From Squalus acanthias (lineage: Eukaryota): a DNA stretch of 64,000 bases. Position numbers and translations under genes: made by a program. Below the pieces are notes generated by a model. The model saw only the letters and a program-made list of their open reading frames with translations, was not told the DNA's origin and did not search any database. The first letter of the stretch is position 1. Each line of letters begins with the position of its first letter. Shown here in pieces: positions 11,605-24,536 of the stretch. The stretch spans positions 120,964,001-121,028,000 of the forward strand of contig CM059432.1 of assembly GCA_030390025.1 (NCBI GenBank), written 5' to 3'.

Positions 11605-14600
11605 GTTAAGTCCAAATCATTAATATATATCAAGAAAAGCAGTGGTCCTAGTACCAATTCCTGGGGAACACCACTGTATACCTTTCTCTAGTCTGAAAAA
11701 CAACCGTTCACCACTACTCTCTGTTTCCTGTCACTTAGCCAATTTTGTATCCATGCTGCCGCTGTCCCTTTTATTCCATGGGTTTCAACTTTGCTGACAA
11801 GCCTATTATGTGGCACTTTGTCGAACGCCTTTTGGAAATCCATGTACACCACGTTAACTGCATTGCCCTCATCAACCCTCTCTGCTACCTCATCAAAAAA
11901 TTCAATCAAGTTGGTTAAACACGATTTTCCTTTAACAAATCCGTGCTGGATTCCCTTAATTAATCTACACTTGTCCAAGTGACTGTTAATTTTGTCCTGG
12001 ATTATTGTTTCTAAAAGCTCCCCCACCACCGAGGTTAAGCTGGCTGGCCTGTAGTTGCTGGGTTTATCTTTACACCCTTTTTTGAATAAGGGTGTAACAT
12101 TTGCAATTCTCCAGTCCTCTGGCACCACCCCCATATCCAAGGAGGATTGGAAGATTATGGCTAGTACCTCTGCAATTTCCACCTTTACTTCCCTCAGCAT
12201 CCTAGGATGCATCCCATCCGATCCTGGTGAGTTATCTACTTTAAGTACAGCCAGCCTTTCTATTACCTCCTCTTTATCAGTTTTTATGCCATCTAATATC
12301 TCAACTACCTCCTCTTTCACTATGATTTTGGCAGCATCTTCTTCCTTGGTAAAGACAGATGCAAAGTAATCATTTAGTACCTCAGCCATGCCCTCTGCCT
12401 CCATGTGTAGGTCTCCTTTTTGGTCCCTAATCGGCCCCACCCCTTACTACTTGTTTACTATTTATATGCCTAAAGAAGACTTTTGGATTTCTTTTTATGT
12501 TAGCTGCCAATCTATTCTCATACTCTCTCTTTGCCCCTCTTATTTCCTTTTTCACTTCCCCTCTGAACTTTCTGTATTCAGCCTGGTTCTCATTTGTATT
12601 CTCAACTTGACATCTAATATACGCCCCATTTTTCTGCTTTATCTTACTCTCTATCTCTTTTGTCATCCCAGGAGCTCTGGCTTTGGTTGCCCTACCTTTC
12701 ACACTCGTGGGAATGTACCTTGACAGTACCTGAACCATCTCCTCTTTAAAGGTAGCCCATTGTTCAATTACCGTTTTGCCTGCCAATTTTTGATTCCAAT
12801 TTACCCGGGCCAGCTCCGTTCTCAACCCACTGAAATTGTCCCTCCTCCAGTTAAGTATTTTGACTCTAGATTGCTCTTTGTCCTTTTCCATAGCTAACCT
12901 AAACCTTATGATACTATGATCACTGTTCCTTAAATGTTCCCCTACTGAAAATTGATCCACCTGACCTACCTCATTCCCCAGAACCAGATCAAGCCTTCCC
13001 CCTTCCTCATTGGGCCAGAAACACACTGATCAAGAAAGTTCTCCTGAACACACTTCAGAAATTCTTCCCCCTCTCTGCCCTTTACACTATTACTATTCCA
13101 GTCTATATTAGGATAATTGAAGTCCCCCATTATCATTACTCTATAGTCCTTGCACCTGTCTGTAATTTCCCTGCAAATTTGCTCCTTTATATCCTTCACA
13201 CTAGTAGGTGACCTATAGAATACACCTAGTAGTGTAATGGCACCTCTATTGTTTCTTAACTCTAACCAAATAGATTCTGTCCTTGACCCCATCAGGACGT
13301 CCTCTCTCTCTCCAGCACTGTAATATTCTCCTTAATCAATACTGCCACCCCACCTCCTTTCTTTCCTTCCCTATCATTCCTGAACAACTTATATCCAGGA
13401 GTATTTAGTAGCCAATCTGCCCTTTTTTGAGCCAGGTCTCCGTTATTGCCACAACATCATAGTCCCATGCGGCTATTTGTGCCTGTAGTTCACCAACCTT
13501 ATTTACCACGCTTCGTGCGTTTACACACATGCAATGTAAACCTATCTTAGACCCTCTTGTATTCTCTCTTAGTCTGACCCCACCTAATACCGTACTATTT
13601 CTTACTCTAGTGCTATCTGTCTCTCCCAATCCTTTGTGCACCTTGTTTCTCCTTTCTAATGCTACATCCTGGTGCCTATCCCAAATTAGTTTAAACCATC
13701 CCCAACAACACTAGAACACCCCCCCCCCCCCCCACGAGGACAGTGGTTCCGGCTCTGTTGAGGTGCAACCCGTCCGGCCTGTACAGGTCCCACCTCCCCC
13801 AGTTCCAGTCCCAATGTCCCAGGAATCTAAAGCCTTCCCTTCTGCAAAATCTCTCCAGCCACGCATTCAGCTGCTCTATCCTTCTATTTCTATACTCACT
13901 AGCTCGTGGCACCGGGAGTAATCCAGAGATTATTATCTTTGAGGTCCTGCTTTTTAGTCTCTTTCCTAGCACCCTAAAATCTGCCTGCAGGACCTCATCC
14001 CTTTTTCTACCTATGTTGTTGATACCGATATCGTAGGCTATTCACCCTCTCCCTTCAGAGAGTTCAGTAGCCGCTCAGTGACATCCTTGACCCTGGAACG
14101 AGGGTGGCAACATACCATCCTGGAATCACGTCTGTGGCCACTGAAACACCTGTCTATTCCCCATAATATTGAATCCCCTATCACTATTGCTTTCCCAATC
14201 TCCTTCCGCCCCCCCTGCCCCCCCCCCCCCCACCGTACAGCTGAGCCACCCGTGGTGCCGTGGACTTGGCTCTGGCTGTACTCCCCAGAGGAACCATTGC
14301 CCTCACCAGTATTCGAATACCGGTTAAAGAGCGAGATGTACCCAGGGGATTCCTGCACTACCTGCCTGGTCCTCCTTGTCTGTCTGGCGGTCACCCATTC
14401 CCTCTCTGCCTGCACACTCTTAAGCTTCAGGGTGATCACCTCCTGAAACATGTTATCCACGTAGCTCTCAGCCTCACGGATGCACCGCAGTGACGCCAGC
14501 TGCTGCTCAAGCTCTGAAACCCAGAGCTCGAGATCCTCCAGCTGACGACACTTCCTGCACATGTAGGTTGTCCAGGACCCTGGAAGCATCCTGGAGTTCC

Positions 14601-14860
14601 CACATGGCATAAGATGTGCATTCCACGGGACTGAGGTGCCCCGCCATGCCTCTATTTAATAGACTATTAACTAACTTAGCAGAAATAAACTTAGACTTAA
14701 AAAAACACTCACCAGTTACTTACCCATCAGATCCTTCCCTTGTGCTGACATCACTTTAGGTTTTTTACTCTGACATCACTGTTTAAAATTCTGCCTGCGT
14801 TGAGTTGCTCCCAGCTAAGCTCCCGCTCTGCTCCCGCTCAGGTCGGCTGCCTCTGCTCTG
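11605..14860 (-). mobile_element. CR1 LINE with 5' UTR, ORF1 (zinc finger, coiled coil, SGNH esterase) and ORF2 to mid-RT; 3' part missing
   Basis: CRKCRQL, GDSI, DGLHLN; NARS, ITETW, MGDFN, SDH; DFQKAFDKVPH. Confidence 0.92.
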
Positions 14861-14880
14861 GTGTTATGTTTATCAGCCTT

Positions 14881-15335
14881 GTGTCAGCCATGGCTCAATG
14901 GTAGCACTCTCACCTCTGAATCAAGCCACACTCCAAGACCTTGAGCGCATAATCTAGACTGACACTTCAGTGTAGCACTGAGGGAGTGCTGCACTGTCGG
15001 AGATGCAGTCTTTGATGGATGTAAAAGATGGATGTAAAGGGATGGATGCAGTCTCAGTTGGATGTAAAAGATCCCATGGTACTTTCGAAGAAGAGCAGGG
15101 GAGTTCTCCTAGTGTCCTGGCCAATAGCTATCTGTCAACCAACATCACGAAAAGAAAAGCAAATTATCTGGTCATTATCTCATTGCTGTTTGTGGGACCT
15201 TGTGAGCAAAGTGGTTGCGTTATTTCCCTACATTACAGCAGTGTCTATACTTCAAAAGTACTTAATTGGCTTTAAAGTGCTTTGGGACTTCCTGTGGTCA
15301 TGAAAGGTGCTACATAAATTCAAGTTGTTTCTTTT
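14881..15335 (+). mobile_element. DeuSINE (SacSINE1-like), full length, with a small internal GGATGTAAAA duplication
   Basis: Same head, core and tail as 795-827 plus 9188-9645. Confidence 0.85.
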
Positions 15336-15462
15336 TATTCTTATTTCCCATTTATCCTAACTTTAATGGAAAAGCATTGGGTTTCCTATATTTCCAATTT
15401 TGTAGCCAATCGAGACTTACTGTAGCCCATTCAACTTGACCATATAATTACATAAGATATTC

Positions 15463-15486
15463 TATATATATATATATATATATATA
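15463..15486. repeat. (TA)n microsatellite
   Basis: Direct observation; overlaps the left TSD of the adjacent CR1. Confidence 0.95.
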
Positions 15487-15487
15487 C

Positions 15488-17306
15488 ACATAAGGACACT
15501 AAGAATATCCCAACACTGGACAAACAGGGGGCTCTAGGGGGGGAGGAGCTAAATACGATTAAAATCACTAAGGAATTGGTACTCAGTAAAATAATGGGAC
15601 TCAAGGCGGATAAATCCCCTGGACCTGATGGCTTACATCCTAGGGTCTTGAGGGAAGTGGCAATAGGGATTGTGGATGCTTTGGTAATAATTTTCCAAAA
15701 TTCCCTGGAATCAGCAAAGGTCCCGGCAGATTGGAAAACTGCTAATGTAACACCCTTATTTAAAAAGGGTAGCAGGCAGAAAGCTGGAAATTATAGACCA
15801 GTTAGTCTAACATCTGTGGTGGGTAAAATTTTGGAGTCTATTATTAAGGAGACAGTAACGGAACATTTAGATAAACATAATTTGATAGGACAAAGTCAGC
15901 ATGGCTTTATGAAGGGGAAATCATGTCTGACAAATTTGCTTGAGTTCTCTGAGGACATAACGTACAGGGTGGATAATGGGGAACCAATGGATGTAGTGTA
16001 TTTAGACTTCCAGAAGGCATTCGACAAGGTGCCACATAAAAGATTATTGCTCAAGATAAAAATCACTGGATTGGGGGGAATATTCTGGCATGGGTGGAGG
16101 ATTGGTTATCTAACAGGAAGCAGAGAGTTGGGATAAATGGTTCATTCTCGGACTGGCAACCAGTAGCCAGTGGTGTTCCGCAGGGGTCGGTGCTGGGTCC
16201 CCAACTCTTTACAATCTATATTAACGATTTGGAGGAGGGGACCGAGTGTAACATATCAAAGTTTGCAGATGATACAAAGATGGGAGGGAAAGTAGAAAGT
16301 GAGGAGGACATAAAAAACCTACAAGGGGATACAGACAGGCTGGGTGAGTGGGCAGAGATTTGGCAGATGCAATACAATATTGGAAAGTGTGAGGTTATGC
16401 ACTTTGGCAGGAAAAATCAGAGAGCAAGTTATTATCTTAATGGCGAGAAACTGGAAAGTACTGCAGTACAAAGGGATCTGGGGGTCCTAGTGCAAGAAAA
16501 TCAAAAAGTTAGTATGCAGGTGCAGCAGGTGATCAAGAAGGCCAACGGAATGTTGGCTTTTATTGCTAGGGGGATAGATTATAAAAACAGGGAGGTATTG
16601 CTGCAGTTATATAAGGTATTGGTGAGACCGCATCTGGAATACTGCATACAGTTTTGGTGTCCATACTTAAGAAAAGACATACTTGCTCTCGAGGCAGTAC
16701 AAAGAAGGTTCACTCGGTTAATCCCCGGGATGAGGGGGTGGACATACGAGGAGAGGTTGAGTAGATTGGGACTCTACTCATTGGAGTTCAGAAGAATGAG
16801 AGGCGATCTTATTGAAACATATAAGATTGTGAAGGGGCTTGATCGGTGGACGCGGTAAGGATGTTCCCAAGGATGGGTGAAACTAGAACTAGGGGGCATA
16901 ATCTTAGAATAAGGGGCTGCTCTTTCAAAACTGAGATGAGGAGAAACTTCTTTACTCAGAGGGTAGTAGGTCTGTGGAATTTGCTGCCCCAGGAAGCCGT
17001 GGAAGCTACATCATTAAATAAATTTAAAACAGAAATAGACAGTTTCCTAGAAGTAAAGGGAATTAGGGGTTACGGGGAGCGGGCAGGAAATTGGACATGA
17101 GGCTGAGTTCGGATCGGTCAAGGCCCTGTGGGTGGCGGAGCGGGCCCAGGGGCTGAGTGGCCGGGTCCTGCTTCTACTTCTTGTGTTCTTTAGATTTGAG
17201 GTGAGGATCAGATCAGCCATGATCTTATTGAATGGCGGAGCAGGCTCGAGGGGCCAATTGGCCTACTCCTGCTCCTATTTCTTATGTTCTTATGTTCTTA
17301 TGTTCT
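15488..17306 (+). mobile_element. 5'-truncated CR1 LINE (RT and C-terminus) with a duplicated 3' UTR
   Basis: KSPGPDG, GVPQGSVLGP, KFADD; tail (CTTATGTT)n; TSD TATATAC at 15481-15487 and 17307-17313. Confidence 0.93.
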
Positions 17307-19253
17307 TATATACGGCACAGAAACAGGCCATTCGGCCCAACCAGTCCATGCCAGCAATTATGCTCCACATGAGTCTGCTCCCGTCTTTCCTCATCTAAAT
17401 CTATCAGCATAACCCTCTGATCCCTTCTCCCTCATATGCTTGTCTAGCCTCCCCTTAAATGCATCTATACTATTCGCTTCAACCACTCCCTGTGGTGGCG
17501 AGTTCCACATTCTCACCACTCTTTGGGTAAAGAAGTTTCTTCTGAATTCCCTATTGGATTTCTTGGTGACTATCTTATATTGATGGCCTCTAGTTATGCT
17601 CTTCCCCACAAGTGGAAGCATTCTCTCTGTATCCACTCTATCAAAAACTTTCATAATTTTAAAGACCTCTATTAGGTCACCCCTCAGCCTTCTTTTTTCA
17701 AGAGAAAAGAGACCCAACCTGTACATCCTTTCCTGATATGTATACCCGCGCATTTCTGGTATCATCCTTGTAAATCTTCTCTGCACCCTCTGTATCCTTT
17801 TTATAATATGGCGGCCAGAACTTCATGCAGTACTCTAAGTGTGATCTAACCAAGGTTCAATACAGGTTTAGCATAACATCCCTACGTTTCAATTCTATCC
17901 CTCCAGAAATAAACCCTAGTGCTTGCTTTGCCTTTTTTATGGCCTTGCTAACCTGTGTCACAACTTTTAGTGATTTGTGTACTTGTACTCCTAGATCCCT
18001 TTGTTACTCTACCCCACCTAGACTCGCACTCTCCAAGTGATAGGTGACCTCCCTATTCTTCCTACCAAAATGTAATACCTCACATTTATCTGTGTTGAAC
18101 TTCATTTGCCAATTATATGCCCACTCTGCAAGTTTATTCATGACCTCCTGTAACTTGTTGCAGTCCTCCTCAGTATTGACTATCCCCCCAATTTGGTGTC
18201 ATCCACAAATTTAGAAATTGTGTTTTTGATTCCTAAGTCTAAATTGTTAATGTAAATTGTGAACAGCAGTGGTCCCAGCACTGATCCTTGTGGAACACCA
18301 CTACCCACCTTCTGCCACTGTGAATAGCTACCCATTACTCCTACTCTCTGCTTTCTGTCCTGAAGCCAGCCAGCAATCCATTCTGCTACTTGTCCCCTGA
18401 CTTCGCCTTCTCTGACCTTGTTCAGCAGTCTATTATGGGATATCTTATTGAAGGCCTTTTGAAAATGCAGATAAATTACATCTACTGCATTACCATTGTC
18501 TACTCTTTCTGGTACCTCTTCAAAAAATTCAATGAGGTTGGTCAAGCAGGACTTTCCCTTTTGAAATCCATGCTGACTATTCATTATTATATTTTTGGTT
18601 TCTAGATGTTCTTCTATTTTCTACTTTAGTAGGAATTCCATTATTTTTCCTACCACCGATGTTAAGTTGACTGGTCTATAATTCCCTGGACATGTTCTAT
18701 CCCCCATCTTAGATGTAGGTATTACATTAGCTATCCGCCAGTCCTCTGGCACTATACCTTTTTCTAATGAATTATTAAATATGCATAATAATGCCTCTAC
18801 TATCTCTTCCCTAGATTCTTTTAAAATGCGTGGATGCAATCCATCCGGACAAGGGGTTTTATTCTGTTTGAGTTTGATTAGTTTATTTAATATGTCCCCT
18901 TTTTTATTTTAAATGCACTTATCTCATTACTAATCTCATCATCCAATGTCATGTCCACCTGTTCTATCTCCCTGGTAAATACTGAAGCAGAATAATTACT
19001 TAATATTTCTGCCATCTCTCTATCGTTACCTGTGGTATTATCCTTACTATCCCTTAATGGCCCTATTCCCATCCCAACCTTCCTTTTTTTTATTGATGTG
19101 CCTATAAAATATTTTACTGTTTTGTTTTATGTTTCTTGATAATTTAATTTCATAGTTCCTCTTTGCCTCCCTAATTTTTTTTTGACTTCTCTCCTAATCT
19201 TTTCGTATTCTCTCTTATCATGCACTCCCCTGCTGTCTATATACTTAATGTAT

Positions 19254-20641
19254 CCTCTTCTTAGGCAGTCCCTCGGAAACAAGGATGACTTGCTTCCACA
19301 CTAAAAATTAATTCTCAGGTAACTGATGAGTCCAATGCGGAACCTACATTCTCTGTCACAGGTGGGGCAGACGGTGGTTGAAGGGACGGGTGGGTGGTGT
19401 GCTTGGGTTGACGTGTGCTCCTTCCGCTGTTTGCGCTTGGCTTCCACTTGCTCCCAGCGAAGAGACTCGAGGTGTTCGGCGCCTTCCCGGATGCTTCTCC
19501 TCCACTTTGTGCAGTCTTGGGCCAGGGGTTCCCAGGTGTCGGTGGGGATGTTGCACTTTTTCAAGGAGGCTTTGAGGGTGTCCTTGAAGCATTTCCTCTG
19601 CCCACCTGGGGCTCTATTGCCGTGCCGGAGCTCCGAGTAGAGCGCTTGTTTTGGGAGTCTCGTATCGGGCATGCAGATGATGTGACCCGTCCATCGGAGC
19701 TGATCGAGCATGGTCAAAGCTTCGATGCTGGGGATGTTGGCCTGAGCGAGAACACTGACGTTGATGTGCCTATCCTGCAAATGGATTTGCAGGATCTTGC
19801 GGAGGCAGCGTCGTTGGTACCTCTCCAGTGCTTTGAGGTGCCTGCTGTACATGGTCCATGTCTCTGAAGCATACAGGAAGGCGGGTATCACTACTGCTCT
19901 GTACACCATGAGCTTGGTGCTGGGTTTGAGGTCCTGGTCTTCAAACACTCTCTTCCTCAAGCGACCGAAGGCTGCACTGGTACACTGAAGGCAGTGTTGG
20001 ACTTTGTCATCGACATCTTCCCTTGTTGACAGTAAGCTCCCGAGGTATGGAAAGTGGTCCACGTTGTCCAAGGCCTCGTCATAGATTTTGATAATCAGGG
20101 AGCAGTACTGTGTGGCGGGGGCAGGTTGGTAGAGGACCTTTGTCTTATGGATGTTTAGTGTAAGGCCCATGCTCTTGTACGCTTCGGTGAAGGTGTTGAC
20201 GATGGTTTGGATTTTGGCCTCAGAGTGTGCACAGATGCAAGCGTCATCTGCATACTGTAATTCGATGACAAAGGATGGGACGACCGTGGATCTGGACTGG
20301 AGGCGACGGAGGTTGAACAGTTTCCCGTTTGTTCTGTAGATTAGCTCCACTCCAGCAGGGAGCTTACTGAGGGTGAGATGGAGCATTGCAGCCAGGAAGA
20401 TCGAGAAGAGCGATGGTGCGATGACAAAGCCTTGCTTGACCCCGGTCCGTACGTGAATTGGGTCTGTGATTGATCCGTTGGTCAGGATCACGGCTTGCAT
20501 GTCATCGTGAAGCAGGCGGAGAATGGTGACAAACTTTTGAGGGCAACCGAATTTGAGGAGGACACTCCATAATCCCTCACGGTTGACGGTGTCGAAGGCC
20601 TTTGTGAGGTCAAAGAAGGCCATGTACAGCGGTTGGTGCGG
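19254..20641 (-). mobile_element. 5'-truncated RTE-clade LINE
   Basis: Uninterrupted 440-aa frame with DLTKAFDTV, GVKQG, LQYADD, YLGS, QLRWTGH and a C-terminal CPTC motif. Tail GGGACTGCCTAAGAAG; imperfect TSD TTAATGTAT/TTCATGTAT. Confidence 0.92.
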
Positions 20642-21027
20642 TTCATGTATGCCTCTTTCCTTACCCTCAATTGTTCCCTTATGGCTTTATTCATCCATGG
20701 AGTCTCATTATTGTTTAGTTTGTTCTTTCCTTTTAGCGGAATATATTTTTCCTGCACTCTGCTGACCACCATTTTAAATGTTTCCCATTGCTGTACTACA
20801 TCGTTGTTTGCCAATATTGTTGCCCATTTTTTCCCAAGTTCTATTCTCAACCCCTCAAAATCATCTTTTCTCCAATCAATTAACCTGGTTTTCGTCATAC
20901 TTACATCCTTCTCAATTATCATGTTAAAGTGTATAATATTATGGTCACTATTCCCTATATGTTCCCCTACTTGTATTTATCTTATCTGCTCTGGTCCATT
21001 CCCCATTACTAGATCCAATAGCGAATC

Positions 21028-24000
21028 TAGAAAGAGAAAAGACAAGGAAGCAGTGCGGGAAAGTGATTGGGGTAAGGATAACCAGATTGTGTCAGGAAGG
21101 GACAGAGCGTACAAACAAAAGAGTGCACTAACAAATAGGGTCCGGGTAAGAAAAAATGGTAATAAGCCAAATAGGGCCATAGTACAAAAAAATGTTAAGA
21201 TGTCTAAAAATGTTAAAAAGACAAATCTAAAGGCACTGTATCTGAATGCACGAAGCATTCGTAATAAGGTAGATGAATTAACAGCACAAACAGATGTAAA
21301 CAGATATGATACAATTGTGATTACGGAGACATGGCTGCAGGGTGACCAAGGCTGGGAGCTGAATATCCAAGGTTATTCAATATTTAGGAAGGACAGGCAA
21401 AAAGGAAAAGGAGGTGGGGTGGCGTTGTTAGTAAAGGATGAAATCAGAGCAATAGTGAGAAAGGATATTGGCTCAGAAAATCAAGATGTAGAATCAGTCT
21501 GGGTGGAGCTAAGAAGCACCAAGGGGCAGAAAACATTGATGGGAATTGTCTATAGGCCTCCAAACAGTAGTGGGAATGTAGGGGATGGTATCAAACAGGA
21601 AATTAGAGATGCATGTAACATGGGTACTACAGTAATCATGGGTGACTTTAATCTACATATAGACTGGCCAAACCAAATTAGCAATAATACTGTGGAGGAT
21701 GAATTCCTGGAGTGTGTAAGAGATGTTTTTTTTAGACCAGTACATTGAGGAGCCAACTAGGGAACAGGCTATCCTAGATTGGGTATTGTGCAATGAGAAG
21801 GGGTTAATTAATAATCTTGTTCTGCGCGGTCCTTTAGGGAAGAGTGACCATAACATGATAGAATTCTTCATTAAGATGGAAAGTGAAGAAGTCCAATCCG
21901 AAACTAGATCTAAACAAAGGAAACTATGAAGGTATGAGGAGTGAGTTGGCTGTGATTGATTGGGGAGCTTCATTAAAAGGCATGACGGTGGATAGGCAAT
22001 GGCTAACATTTAAGGAATGAATGCATGAATTGCAACAGTTATACATTCCTTTCTGGCGCAAAAACACAAAGGGAAAAGCGGCCCAACCATGGCTCACAAA
22101 ATAAATTAAGAATAGTATTAGATCCATAGAGGAGTCATATAAAGTTGTCAGAAAAAGAAGTAAGCCTGAGGATTGGGAGCAATTTAGATTTCAGCAAAAA
22201 AGGACCAAGAGATTGATTAAGAGGGGAAAAATAGAGTATGAGAGTAAACTTGCAAGCAACATAAAAGCGGATTGTAAAAGCTTCTACAAGTATGTAAAAA
22301 GCAAAAGATTAGTGAAGACAAATGTAGGTCCCTTACAGTCAGAAACGGGAGAATTTATAATGGGGAACAAGGAAATGGCTGGGCAATTAAACAAATACTT
22401 TGATTCAGTCTTCACGGAAGAGGACACAATAACTTCCCAGAAATGCTATGGAACCAAGGGTCTGGTGAGAAGGAGCAATTAAAGGAAATTAGTATTAGTA
22501 AAATAAATAGTGCTGGAGCAATAAACGGGACTGAAAGCCGATAAATCCCCAGGGCCTGATAATCTGCATCCCAGAGTACTAAAAGAGGTAGCCATGGAAA
22601 TAGTGGATGCATTGGTTGTCATCTTCCAAAATTCTATAGATTATGGAACAGTTCCTGCAGATTGGAGGGTGGCAGATGTAACGCCACTATTTAAAAAAGG
22701 AGGGAGAGAGAAACCAGGGAACTACAGATTGGTTAGCCTTACATCAGTAGTAGGGAAAATGCTAGAGTCTATTATATTAAAGGATGTAATAACAGGACAC
22801 TTAGAAAATATCAACGGGATTAGACAAAGTCAACATGGATTTATGAGAGGGAAATCGTGTTTGACAAACCTACTGGAGTTTTTTGAGGATGTAACTGATA
22901 GAATAGATAAGGGAGAACCAGTGGATGTGATGTATTTGGATTTTCAGAAGGCCTTTGATAAAGTCCCACATAAGAGGTTAGTGTGCAAAATTAAAGCACA
23001 TGGGATTGGGGGTAATATACTGGCATGGATTGAAAATTGGTTAACAGACAGGAAACAGAGAGTAGGAATAAATGGGTCTTTTTCGGGGTGGCAGGCGGTG
23101 ACTAGTGGGGTACCACAGGGATCAGTGCTTGGGCCCCAGCTATTCACAATATATATCAATGATTTGGATGAGGGAACCAAATGTAATATTTCCAAGTTTG
23201 CTGATGACGCAAAACTAGGTGGGATTGTGAGTTGTGAGGAGGATGCAAAGAGGCTTCAAGGTGATTTAGACAAGTTGAGTGAGTGGGCAAATACATGGCA
23301 GATGCAGTATACCGTGGATAAATGTGAAATTATCCACTTCAGTAGGAAAAACAGAAAGGCGGAGTATTATGTAAATGGTGATAGATTGGGAAATGTTGAT
23401 GTACAAAGGGACCTGGGTGTCCTTGTACATCAGTCACTGAAAGCAAACATGCAGGTGCAGCAAATAGTTAGGAAGGCAAATGGTATGTTGGCCTTCATTG
23501 CAAGCGGATTTGAGTACAGGAGCAAGAATGTCTTACTACAGTTATACAGGGCCTTGGTGAGACCACACCTGGAGTACTGTGTGCAGTTTTGGTCTCTTTA
23601 CCGAAGAAAGGATATACTTGCCATCGAGGCAGTGCAGCGAAGGTTCACCAGACTGATTCCTGGGATGGCAGGACTGTTGTATGAGGAGAGATTGGGTTGA
23701 CTAGGCCTGTATTCACTAGAGTTTAGAAGAATGAGAGGGGATCTCATTGAAACGTATAAAATCCTGACAGGGTTCGACAGACTGGATGCAGGGAAGCTGT
23801 TTCCCCTGGCTGGGGGGTCTAGAACGAGGAGTCACAGTCTCAGGATACGGGGTAGTACATTTAGGACTGAGGAGGAGAAATTTCTTCACTCAGAGGGTGG
23901 TGAACCTGTGGAATTCTCTACCACAGAAGGCTGTGGAGGCCAAGTCACTGACTGTATTAAAGAAGGAGATAGATAGATTTCCAGACACAAAAGGCATCAA

Positions 24001-24135
24001 AGGGTATGGGGAGAGAGCAGGAATAAGGTATTGAGATAGAGGATCAGCCATGATCATATTGAATGGCGGAGCAGGCTCGAAGGGCCGAATGGCCTACTCC
24101 TGACCCTATTTTTCTATGTTTTCTATGTTTTCTAT
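21028..24135 (+). mobile_element. CR1 LINE with near-complete ORF2 (frameshifted) and 3' tail
   Basis: YLNARSIRNK, ITETW, GDFN, KFADD; tail (TTTCTATGT)n; 5-bp TSD GAATC at 21023-21027 and 24136-24140. Confidence 0.93.
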
Positions 24136-24536
24136 GAATCCTCCCTTGTTGGGCTTTTTACATATTGGGTTAGAAAGGAGTCCTGTACACATTGTAGGAA
24201 CTCCATTCCTTTATCCCCTTTACCTACCTCTTCTGTCCAATTAATATTGGGGTAGTTGAAATCCCCCATGATTATTATTCTAAGTTTTTTACTCATTTCT
24301 CTAATTTGTCTGTATATTTCTTCCTCCACCTCCCTTCCACTATTCAGTGGTCTGTAGACTATGCCTATTAGTGTGACTGATCCTTTATTATCTTTTATCT
24401 CTTTCCGTATGGATTCAATTTTTTCTGCGTCACTTTTTTCAACTGCCATTATGTTATCCCTAATAATTACAGCTACTCCATCTTACCTTTTTCCCTCCCT
24501 ATCTTTTCTAAATATGTTATACCCTGTAATGTTTAG

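Noticed and set aside
13691..14610. SGNH/GDSL esterase as a novel captured enzyme
   Set aside because: An esterase domain in ORF1 is an established feature of CR1-clade LINEs, and it recurs in every CR1 5' end here.
20633..21748. 371-aa ORF as a single chimeric gene
   Set aside because: Chance read-through from the antisense strand of the host CR1 into the endonuclease of the inserted CR1.
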